From Octopus vulgaris (taxonomy: Eukaryota): a stretch of DNA of 64,000 nucleotides. Positions 42,670 through 55,958 of this stretch are shown one piece after another; the first letter of the stretch is position 1, and each line of letters opens with the position of its first letter. Position numbers and translations under genes: made by a program. The DNA lies in contig OX597816.1 in NCBI GenBank assembly GCA_951406725.2, forward strand, positions 136,772,001 through 136,836,000, in the 5' to 3' direction. The notes beneath the pieces are model-generated. The model had not been told where the DNA came from. It made no database searches and saw only the letters and a program-made list of their open reading frames with translations.

Positions 42670-43785
42670 TACAGGACAACAAATTTTGTAGATGTTACTT
42701 TAGATTTAAACTCTTCACTATACTTCCCATATCATAAACCCACTCAATACCTTAAATACATCAACACAGAATCTAATCACCATAACTTTCGGGAGCATAA
42801 TCAAAGGCATATCCATCAGAATATCCGATCTATACGCCAATGAGGAAATCTTCAATAACTACGCCAGTTACTATAACCAAGCTCTAGCTGCTAGTGGTTT
42901 CTCACAAAAGATTAGATTTATACGCAACACTAGACTTAAGGAACACCTCTCGAAACTTAGCTCTGGACAAACGCGCACAAATATTGGAGATCCAAACCTT
43001 CCTACTACAATCAGACAATCTCGCCCACCTAGCACTCGCACGCACGACACTCGATCTAAGAACATTAATACTAACACTATACCTTCCAACTCTCTTCTAA
43101 CATCCACTAGGAATTGCGCCTCCCCTAACGTGCCTAATAAAAGCGGTAGGAGATCTATTCTCTGGTATACACCTCCATTCGCTTTAAACGTTAAAAGCCT
43201 CACTAAAGCATTCTTTAAAGTAGTAGAATCCAATTTCCCACGTAACCGTAAGTACCATTCTATCTTTTAACAGACACACTTTGAAATTATCGTATTCATC
43301 TACACTAAATGTAGAATCTATTATCACTTCATCTAATAAACGTAAACTTAGCTCTTACTATCTAAATACATACAACCCTACCATAGACCTATACAATGAA
43401 AACACTAACACCGATTGCCATAACATATCTAATGCCCCTGGCCCGACCACTTTAAACAACTTAAACATACATGATATAATTTCCACCTCTGAGGGTAATG
43501 GGCACACAGCTGAAACCGATGCAAACACTAATAGGCACACTGATACTAACAATACTAATTATATTATAACCACTACAACTAATAATACATATACTTCAAC
43601 GACTAATAGGAATAGCAATAATATTAATACTAACACCAACGGCAATATTACCATTACTGAAAATAGTTTTATTACCTACATTCCTACCACAAATGCAACT
43701 ATTAATAGCCGCAATAATAACATCACTAATACCACCTCCTCTACCACCACTAATACTAACACTACTGCTGCCGCCGCCGCTACTG

Positions 43786-43842
<57 letters not shown>

Positions 43843-43846
43843 ATAC

Positions 43847-43893
<47 letters not shown>

Positions 43894-44580
43894 GTAGTAG
43901 TAGTAGTAGTAGTATAATGATGATGATGATGCTACTGCTGCTGCTGCTGATGATGATGATAATTACAACAGCGACGCCGATAACAATAATGACAATAATA
44001 ACAATAGTGGTAAAGCTGTCGTTGATATCGATACTAGAAATGACAACAATAAAAACAGTAATATCACGATCGATTCACCTAATACCACCCTAGCCACTAC
44101 CAGCACTACCTCATCTCTCTCTCTCTCTCTCTCCATTTAACCATCATAGGACGGATTGCTGCAACTTCAGATCTGGATCAGATTGCCCGCTGCAAGCCTA
44201 ATACAGAAGATTCAACGTCGTATACCAATGCACCGTTCACAACATAGTAAATAACTCCTGTAGCTACTACATTGGATCAAGCATAAATTTTAAACAAAGA
44301 TATTATGCACATTTAAACTCGTTTAAATATAAAGAGAATAGCAATTTCACATCACTAGCCAACCACGTACACCATCTAATTAATAGAAAAATACACTATA
44401 AACTTTCCTGGGCAACAATAGACTCGGGTATCCTATATCAGGGCCAACACTCCAGTTGTGGACTCTACTTAAAAGAAACCCTCAAAATTTTAACCCACAA
44501 CTCACCATAATTGCATAATAAATACAACGAGACCTTCACTACGTGTAAGCACAAATTCTTCCACACTTTTAAATTAGAAG
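42670..44580 (+). mobile_element. Penelope-like element relic: RT C-terminus, low-complexity linker, GIY-YIG endonuclease
   Basis: NFVDVTLDL..PYHKP..YINTESNH; ILWYTPPF..NVK; LKLSYS; CCN...DCPL; NVVYQCTV...YYIGSS.NFKQRYYAHLNSFK; CGLYLKE. Confidence 0.88.
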
Positions 44581-45499
44581 CCCGTCGTATACGCATGAGT
44601 GCGTGCAGGCGTACGTGTGTGCGTGATGTGTGTATGTGTATATATGTGTGTGTGTCTTTGTCCCCCACCACTGCTTGACAACCGGTGTTGGTATGCTTAT
44701 GTCCCCTTGACTTAGCAGTTCGGCATAAGAGAACGATAGAATATGTTCCCAGCTTTAAAATAGTTATAAGTACTGGGGTCGATTCGTTCGATTAAAAATT
44801 CTTCAAGGTGGTGCTCCAGCATGGCCGCAGTCTAATAATGACTGAACCATGTAAAGGATAAATGATACACACACACATACACATTCACGCACGCACACAG
44901 ACACACACAGACACACACACACACACACAATAACACATAGGTATACATGCATTTATATGTAATTACTTTTATTCATTAGCTGTATGATTGTCCATTTTGC
45001 TACTGTAATTAATATTCGTATTGAAGATTTTTCACCATTTTCTACTGTATGTCCAGTAAAACACGTTTGCAAAAAGTGTGTGAATAGCTCTATGGGTATA
45101 ACCATACCCTGTCATCACAAGTAAGACTAACCACCATTACTTTAATTACCGCAACCCACAAATTTTCTATAATCTCCTTCCTCCCTTCCACTTTTAGGAA
45201 TTTAGCACTTCAAAGAAAACCATCAGCCTATAATAAACCCTGTCGCCATCTCCTGTGGCTCATCAGCCAACCAAATAAAGCCACTAGTTCACTGGTGGCT
45301 TTATTTGGTTGTCTTGCTTTTCTGCCCCCATAGTCTGAACAGCCCTTGCAGCATCATGGAGTGATATGAGCTATAATGATGGTAATCAATATAGAAAAGC
45401 AAAAACTCTGAAAATTTCGGCATCCGAATGATTTAGGTTCTGCAAGTTTACCTGCCTAAGATTGCAGCAACCCCGAATAAAAAATAACACAGTGTACGA

Positions 45500-45990
45500 G
45501 GAACACGTCCGAGAAAATAACATTCTTCCGCTGCTCCAGGGATCAATTCTGTAGGATTTTACTCCACTCTAAACGCTTTGCAATGTTTATTTTTGAAAGT
45601 AGTGGTTTTCTGATTGCAGCCCTTCCGTGCAGCTCCCGGCGAACGGTTTTTGTGGAAACTGGGTTTTCGAGGTGATCATTAAGCTCTGCAGTAATTTTGG
45701 GAGCTCTGCTTTTGTGATCCTTTCTAACAATTCGCGTAAGAGTCCGACGGTCCCTATCTGAAAGTTTTGGTTTTCTTCTGGAGTTTTGTTTCGACGAGGA
45801 GGTTTTTCCCTCTTTTTCAAAGGATGTCATTACTTTCGAGACAGTACTTCTTGATACACCAACCATTTGGGCTGTTTTCATTACGCTAGCGCTTGCCATA
45901 CGAGCACCAACAATTTGACTGCTTTGAAAGTCTGATAGATCTGTCATTTTAATGAATTTTAATTGTTTTTTTCTGATGATATCTGAAAAG
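45500..45990 (-). mobile_element. Tc1 transposase N-terminal fragment
   Basis: ORF 45543-45947: LSDFQ..QIVGAR..GVSRSTVSKV..RKPKLSDRDRR..VSTKTVRRELH..RKPLL. Confidence 0.88.
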
Positions 45991-45999
45991 AAACCCAGG

Positions 46000-46790
46000 C
46001 ACCGATGACACCTGGGTAGGGGCGACGCTCAAGAATCACCGAGTACCTGCACCCGACCATTTTCAAAAAAATCTGGCATAACCAGATTCATGGCTGATTG
46101 GGTCCACAGGATCAAAACAGTGTGCCGCAGGAAGAATTTTCACATTGAGGAGCCTGGCTCCGCTGACACCCAGAGCTCGACGGATAGTGTCCTCTACCCA
46201 CTGGGGTTTAATTCCGGGTGGCAAACCACAGACCCAGGCCCTCATCAATTTTATCCCACAATAAGTGAGAAGAAGCAAAATTTCTTTACCCTCAAAGGGC
46301 TGGCTCGCAAAACTGCGAGCCTCCTCTGGGGTATCAAATAGCAACCACACAGTTGCATATTTGACACCCCTAGAGATATACTTAATTGTTGGCAGATGTT
46401 CCGCCAACTCCTGCTCAATCATCTGCTTGAAGAAGACGGCAATGTTGTCGAGAACCTTCGAATACGTTCTCAACACCACCGTCCTCTTCTCTTGCAGTCT
46501 GAGCCACTCCTTTGGTTGGACAATTTCTCACTCTACAATCTTATCCGTATTTTTTTATTGCCATGTTTTAAATTAAAAATAAAAATGTCCAAAACAATAG
46601 TCCACAAGAAAGGAAAGAGAGAATTCAAAAGGGAACAAAATGGAAGAAGAAAAGAAGCAAACAGTTCAATAAAAAAAGTCACAATAGAAGAAGAAAACAA
46701 CAGTTCAAAAAAAAAAACACAGCAAAAAAATCTTCTGGACATTCAGGTACTCCAAGCCCTATGGTACTCCGATTAGAACCTGTACTGCTC
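46000..46790 (-). mobile_element. Probable L1/Tx1 ORF1 and 5' UTR fragment
   Basis: RRM-like ORF 46063-46479 (VWLLFDTPEEA..WVCGLPPGIK) preceded by a T-rich leader. The family assignment is an inference. Confidence 0.5.
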
Positions 46791-47078
46791 CACTTGAAAT
46801 ACAGCTTTCCAGTTATTGGTAAACGTAGTTGTAAAAATACACACTATTCACAAACAGTGAACAACTTTTGGTGGCAGGATACGCCATCAAACTATATTTC
46901 TCACAATGAGAAAAAAATGTTCACTTCATGTGAACACTTGAAATACAGCTTTCCAATTAATGACAAAAGTTGTTGTAAAAACATACACTATTAAAAAGTG
47001 AACAACTTTTGATTGAAGGATATGCCCCCAAACTGTACTTCTCACAATGAGAAAAACTTTTTTTCACTTATCGTGAAC
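46791..47078. repeat. 144-bp tandem dimer
   Basis: CACTTGAAATACAGCTTTCCA starts at both 46791 and 46935. Confidence 0.85.
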
Positions 47079-47466
47079 AATATTGCTGAACCGCAAGCAG
47101 ACCAACATCCTGAATCCAGTGAGGACTCCTTGTTTGTAAAAAATTTAACCACTGACAACAACCCCTACTGGACCCAAGAAACAAAAGTCTTACATTGCAG
47201 CAGCTTCTTTTTGGGAGGCTAAACACTGTTGGCTATCTTCTTCGGTGCACAACACAATGACGCATGCGTACACTGACAAGAAAGACTCATGGAAAGTCTT
47301 AAAGACTCATGGGTTGGTAAGCAAGCTACTTACCACACAGCCACTCCTGCGCCTGATAATTTGTGTGAGTGGGTATGTATACATTTATGTATGTATATAT
47401 ATGTGTGTATGTATACAACTACTGCGTTGATCTCAGAGATTTTAGAACTACAATATATATATATAC

Positions 47467-47497
<31 letters not shown>

Positions 47498-47526
47498 TGT
47501 ATGTATGCATGCATACACACACACAC

Positions 47527-47611
<85 letters not shown>

Positions 47612-47624
47612 TGCATGTATATAG

Positions 47625-47830
47625 GTGTTTGTGTGTCTATGTTTGGCCCCCACTATCGCTTGACAACCGATGCTGGTGTGTTTACGTCCCTGTCACTTAG
47701 CAGATCGGCAAAAGAGATTGATAGAATAAGTACTAGGTTTACAAAGAATAAGTCTTGGGGTCGATTTATTCGACTAAAGGCGGTGCTCCAGCATGGCCGC
47801 AGTCAAATTATTGAAACAAGTAAAAGAATA
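47625..47830 (+). mobile_element. SINE family A, 3' half
   Basis: Matches 14040-14230. Confidence 0.85.
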
Positions 47831-48704
47831 AAATATATAGGAGACCTATACACTATGTTATGTGTTTACACGTTTGTGTGAGCGTGCGCATAACTACCAA
47901 CTAAGGATACAAGAATATATCATGTGTTAATGATATGTACCTATCTCTTCATGTCTTTTAAATGAGAGACAAATGTAATTATCATTTATATCAGAGCGCC
48001 AAATATGTAGTGCCAACACCAGTTCTGATGATGTCATTATAATTATTAGTATTATTTGATAGTCGTCGATCGCCATCGTATCTTGTTCAAATTTGACTTC
48101 TCTCGAGAAGAGAAGAAAGACATCTAGGTATAGTGAATGAGAAAGCACATTTTCTCTATTATATGCATAAAGCCTTAATTATAGAAGGGACACCACAAGC
48201 ATAGTGAAAGACTCCTTATACGTGACAGCTGCGTGCTTGCCAAGAGTATGTGCACGAACCACGAAGAATCACGTATAGTGAATTCATCGCGGTTATAATG
48301 GCACTTCGCTTTAAACCCGGGCCTTCTTGGCTTTGAAGGTAGTAGTAGAAGTATTTTTGTTAACGGTAAGTCGTGGTGGTAGTGGTCATGACTGGTGAGG
48401 ATGACGTTGGTGTGTTTGTGGAGGTTGTGTGGTAGCGGTATTGTTAGTTATAGTTGTTTAATCCCAGTTCCTTCAACCTATTATCAAAAAAGCATTCCAG
48501 CTGTGTCCGTACATATATTTAAGAGTTTTTGTTTTTTTTAGTTCTTTTTTATGCACCCATAGCTATATTATCTAATGTGTACTGATATTGCTAAATTTCT
48601 TTCAACCATTTGAAGTATTTCAAATTTTCAGATTTTTTTTACATGTAGTATGTAGTCTTTTTGCGTACTGATAACAAAATCCCACGTTCTTTTCTCAAGA
48701 AATT

Positions 48705-48910
48705 AATAATAATCCTTTCTATAATAGGCACAGGGTCTGAAATTTTAGGGAAAGAGACTAGTCGATTACATCGATTCCAGTGCTAGACTGGTACTTGCTT
48801 TATCGACCCCAAAAGGATGAAAAGCGAAGTCGTCCTCGGCGGAATTTGAACATGCCAACCGGCATATCTAGCGGCATTTCGTCCGGCGTTTTAACAATTC
48901 TGCCGCCTAG
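48705..48910 (-). mobile_element. SINE family B, (ATT)n-tail variant, diverged
   Basis: Reverse complement resembles 59842-60057. Confidence 0.7.
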
Positions 48911-51228
48911 TTACAAGCATTTAAAGTTATGCAATTTTAGGCAATCTGAAAGCCTTCAATCTGGTGAAAACTTGAAATAAATTTAGCAAGATCCATTTGT
49001 TCTTCCTATAACAGCAGCGTGTATTTCGAGTAGAGATTCAGCTGCTATTTGTAGCAAGTCGATTCTATAAAGAAGCGCTCCTCGGGAAGTTGGTGGGGGG
49101 TGGAATGCCCTAATTTTCAAAAATGTTTTCAGTTTTTATTTTGTATACATCACCTGTTTTGGCATTCCTCATATCGAGGAATTATGAGCGAGTAGTCTTT
49201 TCATGGCGCTCAACCTGTCGGCAGTAATTTTTTTGTGGTATATTTAATTTTGTTAAATCGTAACGAGGCAGGGAGGAGCGTAGATTTTGTTTCAGTAAAA
49301 GAAAACAGGGTCGATGGTTTTAAAAAAGATGTCAGAGGCTCCCTCGCTGGTTTGTTGGAAGTGTGGTAGTGTTGTTACCGTCAATATTGCTGATATTCAC
49401 TGTTGTTGATGATGATTAGTCCAGGTAAGCCCAGATTGAACATTCCAACGATGACCGTCACGTCTTTTTTGTATATTGTGGAATAAATCCCTTAGGATGT
49501 GAGTAGTGCTACATCTGGCTGTTATTTTTAGCAGGCTGAATGGTTGAATAAAGGCTCTCGATGGGTCATATTGTTTGTGATTTGTGTTCTTCTTTTAGTG
49601 CTGTTATAGTTTAACTTTAACCCCGACTGAACAGATTTATAATCAAAGGCCTTCCAACTAGGTCCGTCGCAAATGATCGAAAGTGTTGTATATCTGCTAG
49701 AAGTAGCAATCAAATCTCCCTCAAATTAATCTTTCGTTATTACTACACAATGTTGATGTATATGATATTTGTGTGCGTTATTGCTGTTTATGTTATTTAG
49801 CCCGTAGTCAGCCCTAATTAGACAGATTTATAATGAAAGCTTTGACCGTCTTGTTTTTTTGTACAATTAAGACTGTATTGCCCAATATTGTGAATCCTTC
49901 CTGTTTTAAGACAATAGTATGTAGTATGAGATAATTTGACTGTTGTTTCTAGTAGGTCAGACGATCGTATAGAAGAGAGCTCTAACGGTGTAGATTGCTG
50001 TTTATGCTATTTATATAAATTTAACCCTGAGTCAACTCTTGATTAAATAGACATGATAAAAAAGTATTTCAGCCCCTTCTATTCTCTTGCTCAGCGAAGT
50101 CAGTACATCATAAAATGTCTCCTTTTTTTTAAGACAGTACGATATATTTTGAGGGAGATTTGGCTGCTATTGATATCATTTCGAGAAACTACGTGTTGTT
50201 ACCACCGTTCTCATTTATTTATTGCTTTTCTTAAGTACGAGGCTTTCCAGCTGTGACCATCCCATCTTATTCACTTACATGGTGCAATAAGTCTTTTCTA
50301 TTTTTTTTTAGATAGTGGGGTATGATTTAAAAGATATTTGGTTTCTATTTCTAGCATATCGGGCGTAATTTGAGGAAGATTTGTCCACTATTAACAGCAG
50401 GTCGACAGATTACCATTATTTAATTTTAGCTTTTGTTTAATCTGAGACGTTCCAGGTGTGACCATCTCATTTACCTATATGATGTAATGAGTCTTTCCTT
50501 TCTTTCTTTCTCATTATTATTTATTATTATTATTATTTCAGGGTCGATAAAATGCGTACCAGTTGAGCACTGGAGTCGATGTAATCGATTATCCCCCTCC
50601 TCCAAAATTTCAGGCCTTGTGCCTATAATAAAGGATTATTATTATCGTTGTTGTTGTTGTTATCATTATCATCATCATTATTATTATTGTTGTTGTTGTT
50701 GTCAAGTACTGGGGTCGATGTGATCGATTGTCACCCTCCCCACAAAAATCCAGGCCTTGTGCTTATAGTAGAAAGGATTAATGTTATTATTATCATCATT
50801 ATTATTATTTTAGACCAGACGACAGGGTGTGATTTAGGAGAGATTTGGTTCCTATCTCTAGCATATCGAGTGACCACCTAGAGGCTTCCTTCTTAGCCTG
50901 TGATTCTCATTGCTGATGCTGTTCTCGTTATAATGTACATATGCGACTGACAACCCAACCTACCGTGCCTGCTACCGTTCCCTCAGCAACCAAGGGAAAT
51001 TAATCGAACATTATAAATGGCTTTCGCATTAGCCCAACCTAATCGTAATCGATCTTTTTCTCAAGCTGCTACTGGAAGGAATGCGGTTTAACCGAAGGAT
51101 CTTTTTTCATAGCGAAGTTAAATGTATATTTATATTTATTATTTATTATACGTTGGATTATAACGGCTTACTAATTTAACCTCATTCATGTACACCGTGT
51201 AGGTACATGCATGCATGCATGTATGTAT

Positions 51229-51323
<95 letters not shown>

Positions 51324-51420
51324 GGAGTAAACACATAAATGTGAAACAAGTTGGAAAAAAGAGTACTCAAATACCAGTGGTAGAGTAATATGCTTTATTT
51401 AAAGCAGCAGAAAATTCAAC

Positions 51421-51467
51421 AAAATCTGTTACTCTGAGTTTCTCGTTGCCGTTCATCAGACAGTTTT
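51421..51467 (-). ncRNA. Minimal type I hammerhead ribozyme (Penelope/retrozyme type)
   Basis: AAAACUGU-CUGAUGA-ACGGCAACGA-GAAA-CUCAGAG-UA-ACAGAUUUU: intact core, stem I CUGU/ACAG, CG-GCAA-CG stem II, stem III ACUC/GAGU, GUA cleavage triplet. Confidence 0.75.
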
Positions 51468-51474
51468 GCTAGCA

Positions 51475-51521
51475 AAAACTGTCTGATGAATGGCAACGAG
51501 AAACTCAGAGTAACAGATTTT
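51475..51521 (+). ncRNA. Minimal type I hammerhead ribozyme, inverted twin
   Basis: AAAACUGU-CUGAUGA-AUGGCAACGA-GAAA-CUCAGAG-UA-ACAGAUUUU; one C>U change in stem II leaves a U-G pair. Confidence 0.72.
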
Positions 51522-51548
51522 GTTGAATTTTCTGCTGCTTTAAATAAA

Positions 51549-51605
<57 letters not shown>

Positions 51606-51824
51606 CCATATATATATATATTCTCTTATTCTTTTACTTACTTCAGTCATCTAACTGCGGCCATGCTGGAGCACCGTCTTTATACACACACACACACACG
51701 CACACACATCTTTATATACTTTAACCTGTTTTAGACATTAGACAGTGGCCATGCTGGGGCGTCGCCTTGAAGGGTTTAGTCGAACGAATCAACCCCAGTG
51801 CTTATTTTATTAAAAGCTGCTACT

Positions 51825-52464
51825 GGCGATCTTTCGTTTGTAGTAGCACGTTTCCGTCGATGATTTCCGTAAAAAACTTTTATTTTTTTACATATGGGCT
51901 TGCGGGAACATTTGAAGTAATGAGAGCAAAAGAGACTAAGAGGAAACGATTTTATGACGAGGGAATTTCTTTTGAAGTTACCGAAGTACATATCCACATA
52001 CACCGAGTAAAAATTTACACTGAATCGGCCATACATACATACATATATACACACATACACACACACACATACTTACACACACACACACACACACATACAT
52101 TCAGATATACATATACACATACACCGAGTAAAAAATTACACTGAATCGGCCATACATACATACATACACACACACATACATAGATACATACACACATACA
52201 TACACACACACACACACACATAGATACATACACACACACACATACATGCATACATTGCATACATACATATACACATACACCGAGTAAAAAATTTCAGTTA
52301 TCTCTCTCTTTCACACATTACTCTCTCTGTCTCTTCACACACACTAACAGAAGCACTTCACTTACACAACATACTGTCTGTCTCCCACACCCCATCAAAC
52401 ACACACACACACACGCGCGCGCACACACACACACGCGCGCGCACACACACACGCGCGCGCACAC

Positions 52465-52495
<31 letters not shown>

Positions 52496-52669
52496 TGTAC
52501 ATCAATGCTTCGGTAACTTCAAAAGAAATTCCCTCGTCATAAAATCGCTTCCTCTTAGTCTCTTTCGCTCTCATTACTTCAAATGTTCCCACAAGCCCAT
52601 ATGTAAAAAAATAAAAGTTTTTTACGGAAATCATCGACGGAAACGTGCTACTACAAACGAAAGATCGCC
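51825..52669. mobile_element. MITE with about 160-bp TIRs and 8-bp TSD (Merlin- or MULE-like), inserted in a SINE A copy
   Basis: GGCGATCTTTCG...CGAAAGATCGCC; perfect TSD CTGCTACT at 51817 and 52670. Confidence 0.9.
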
Positions 52670-52989
52670 CTGCTACTTAATCTATCCGTAGATTTTGACG
52701 AACAGCTAGCTTACGGGGTCGTAAACAAATCAGCCCAGTTGTCAGAGAACAAACACAGTCACAAACAAATCACACTGAGACATACATACATACATACGTA
52801 TGTATATACATACATACACACGCGCACACACACACACACATTTATATATACCTATATCATCATATATGTCCGTCTTCCATGCTGGCATGGGTTGGATGGT
52901 TTGACATGGTTCAACGCTCCAAAAGACTGTCCGGCTTCACTGTTTACTTTGATATGCTTTCAGTGCCTGAATGTTCATCCTAACATGAA

Positions 52990-53300
52990 GGCGCGTGGCT
53001 CAGTGGTTAGAGTATTCAGCTCATGATCATAAGGTCATGAGTTCAATTCCCAGTGATACATTGTGTCCTTGAGCAAGACACTTTATTTCACGTTGCTCCA
53101 GTCCACCCAGCTGACAAAAATGAGTAGCACTTGTATTTCAAAGGGCCAGCAATGTCACATTCTATGTCACACTGAATCTCTCTGAGAACTACATTAAAGG
53201 TATGCTTGCCTGTGGAGCGCTCAGCCATTTGCATGTTAATTTCACGAGCAAATCTATTTACTGGAATCCTTGTCTTCGTAACCGACGGAGTGCCAGACTC
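52990..53300 (+). mobile_element. SINE family C variant
   Basis: Head and body match 25107-25250; the 3' part differs. Confidence 0.75.
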
Positions 53301-54473
53301 TTCTTAATACCAATCATTTTACAGAGTACTAATTTCCTGGAGCATCTCAGGTAACATGGTTATAGTATAGTATAGTATAATAAAACAAGAGGGTAACGCC
53401 GCCAGCAGAAGAGGTTAGCAAAGTAAAGGAGTGGGGTGAATTCAGTATTTCATCGTCAGAATGTTTTTTTGGGGGTCACTGGCGCAATTGAGTATCTTGC
53501 AAGACAAAGACAAAAGCTTCAATTGAATGAGATTGTAGTCAAGAGTGGTGTGGCTTTATGCCAACTGTTAAAAAAATGAATTAGAAGAATAGTCACAGGT
53601 GTGTTTGCTATAAAGGAGATTTGTGGTTCTTCCACATCATATAAGGGTGAATTAGAGTAACTGGAAAAAAGACTATATTGGTGGTGACGAGGTGTCAGAG
53701 TGTTCTCTCAGGATACAAGGTGGGTATAAGAGAATATGGACAAAGAATTGGGAAGGGTGGGTGGATAAGTTTATTAGGGTGTGAGAAAAGAGTGACAAAT
53801 GGTAAATTATGCATGTAGAGGTGAAGGTGTGGTCAATAGTAAATATCAGTAAGGAGTGTGTGTGGTGGGGGTAGGTAAAAGAATGGGAGTGGCTCAAGAA
53901 GGAGACGGTGATAAGTGATTGTACAAGAAGGGTGAGAGCAACAGTAACAAAACCACTTCATGGATTGGAAAATGTGAAACTGTTATGCAGGGTGAGAGAG
54001 AAGGGGTGTACTGTGACAAATGGACGTCAGAGGTAAAAAGGGATGGCTACAGAGAATGGGGATCAAAGGTGGGGGAGGGGTTCAACAGATGTGACAGGTT
54101 GTTGCGAAAGAAAACAGATAAAAAAAAGGTGTTCAAGATAAAGTAATAACTGTCTTAAGATGTATCTCAGGGGGATGCAGAAAGTGGAGATCAGTAGAAA
54201 ATAAAGTGGAAGGTTTAAGGGATACCGTGTGTAAATTTGCTTATTATCATCAGTAAAACAAGGACAAAACAGCAATACTATGGATAGAACAACATACCAG
54301 CTGAATATATCAATCCAGCAGGATTTCAAATGAATTTTTTAAAATCCATCAATTCTTCATTGTTACCAAATTAATTTTATCTGTAGAGTCTTGTTTTGTG
54401 AAGTCTGCAATACAAACAATTGTCTATATAGTACTCAAGGTTGTGGTGACAAGGAATTTTTTGTCAGAATATA

Positions 54474-55007
54474 CAGTGTGTCCCAGAATTGATTATCGAT
54501 TTCAATGAAATTGGGCAAATTAAAAAAAGAAACTGACAATTTTATGTTTATTACTTAATTATGCATACCAAAACATATAAATTTATAAATCTTACATCAA
54601 GGCTTTATTGAAAATTTTCAACATGTTCTCCGTCTGTATCCCTTCAAATTCCAAATCTATCCTTAGCGATGCGAAACACATTTTGAAGTATTTCAGCAGT
54701 TTTCTCTTGCACTATTAAATGAATGCATTTTTTAAGTTCAGCTAAACTAATGTTCCATCCTGGGGAGGGAGGTAGAGAAAATGATTGCAACTGAATGGAA
54801 AAAGTGCTATCGTGAACAGATAAGTGGGATCCAACAGGAACGAAGATAAAATTTTTAAAAAAAAGATGTAAAAATTCTAAAATTATAAACAAAATTTTTA
54901 ATTTACACACTTTTAACACATATTGAACAGGATAAACATGAATAAAAGTGAGTTTTTAAACAAAAATTCTCCGAGTTCACTGAATTAGTTAATTCTAGAA
55001 AACCCTG
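54474..55007 (-). mobile_element. Internally deleted Tc1/mariner-superfamily element
   Basis: TA|CAGTGTGTCCCAGAATT...AATTCTAGAAAACCCTG|TA; C-terminus LAELKKCI..EILQNVF..DRFGI*..DGEHVE. Confidence 0.7.
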
Positions 55008-55281
55008 TATATAGTCCCAAAAGCTTGTAAGTTCACATGAGAATGTATAGCCACAGTATATGTAAGTTATGAATAATTATTGTTACAAATGAAAATTTAT
55101 AATCGGGAAAATGAAATTTTCGAATATATTCACAAAAAAACGTTCTTTGCAATTTTAGACAGGGTATTTAGAATTAGTATGCAACTGATCTCTTACATCA
55201 ATGCTTAAAGCATTAAGCACATTCATATTTAAATCTTTTTTATTACAGGTATTATTTCGTATATATATATGTATGTATATA

Positions 55282-55958
55282 TGTATATATATATATATAG
55301 CAGCACCGCCCCGTTTCGTGTCCGTTGCCAGCCTCGCCTGGCCCTCGTGCCGGTGGCACATAAAAAGCACCATCCGTTCGTGGCCGTTTGCCAGCTCTGT
55401 CTGGCACCAGTGCGGGTGGCACGTAAAAAGCACCCACTACACTCACGGAGTGGTTGGCGTTAGGAAGGGTATCCAGCCGTAGAAACACTGCCAGATTTGA
55501 CTGGGCCTGATGAAGCCTTCTGGCTTCACAGACCCCAGTAGAACCGTCCAACCCATGCTAGCATGGAAAACGGACGCTAAACGATGATGATGATGATGAT
55601 GATGATATGTATGTATATATGTATATATATATATTGAAGCCAGTCAAGCAGCGCTGGCATCGGCCACGAAGCACCATCCGAATCGTGGCCGATGCCAGCG
55701 CTGCCTTGGCTTCCGTGCCGGTGGCACGTAAATGCACCAATCCGATCGTGGCCGTTGCCAGCCTCGCCTGGCACCTGTGCAGGTGGCACGTAAAAGCACC
55801 CACTACACTCATGGAGTGGTTGGCGTTAGGAAGGGCATCCAGCTGTAGAAACACTGCCAGATCAGACTGGAGTCTGGTGCAGCCTTCTGGTTTCCCAGAT
55901 CCCGGTCGAACCGTCCAACCCATGCTAGCATGGAGAACGGACGTTAAACGATGATGAT
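55282..55958 (+). mobile_element. Two tandem family D retroposon 3' ends, each with a (GAT)n tail
   Basis: 55282-55605 and 55640-55958, with internal repeats GTGGCACGTAAAAGCACC. Confidence 0.8.

Noticed and set aside
43281-44093. 270-aa host protein
   Set aside because: Lies between Penelope RT and GIY-YIG motifs and is low complexity.
53340-54330. Purine-rich stretch, possible CR1/L2 relic
   Set aside because: No convincing protein motif recovered.
55505-55535. CTGATGA hammerhead core
   Set aside because: No GAAA or stem III, and the sister copy has CTGGTGCA.
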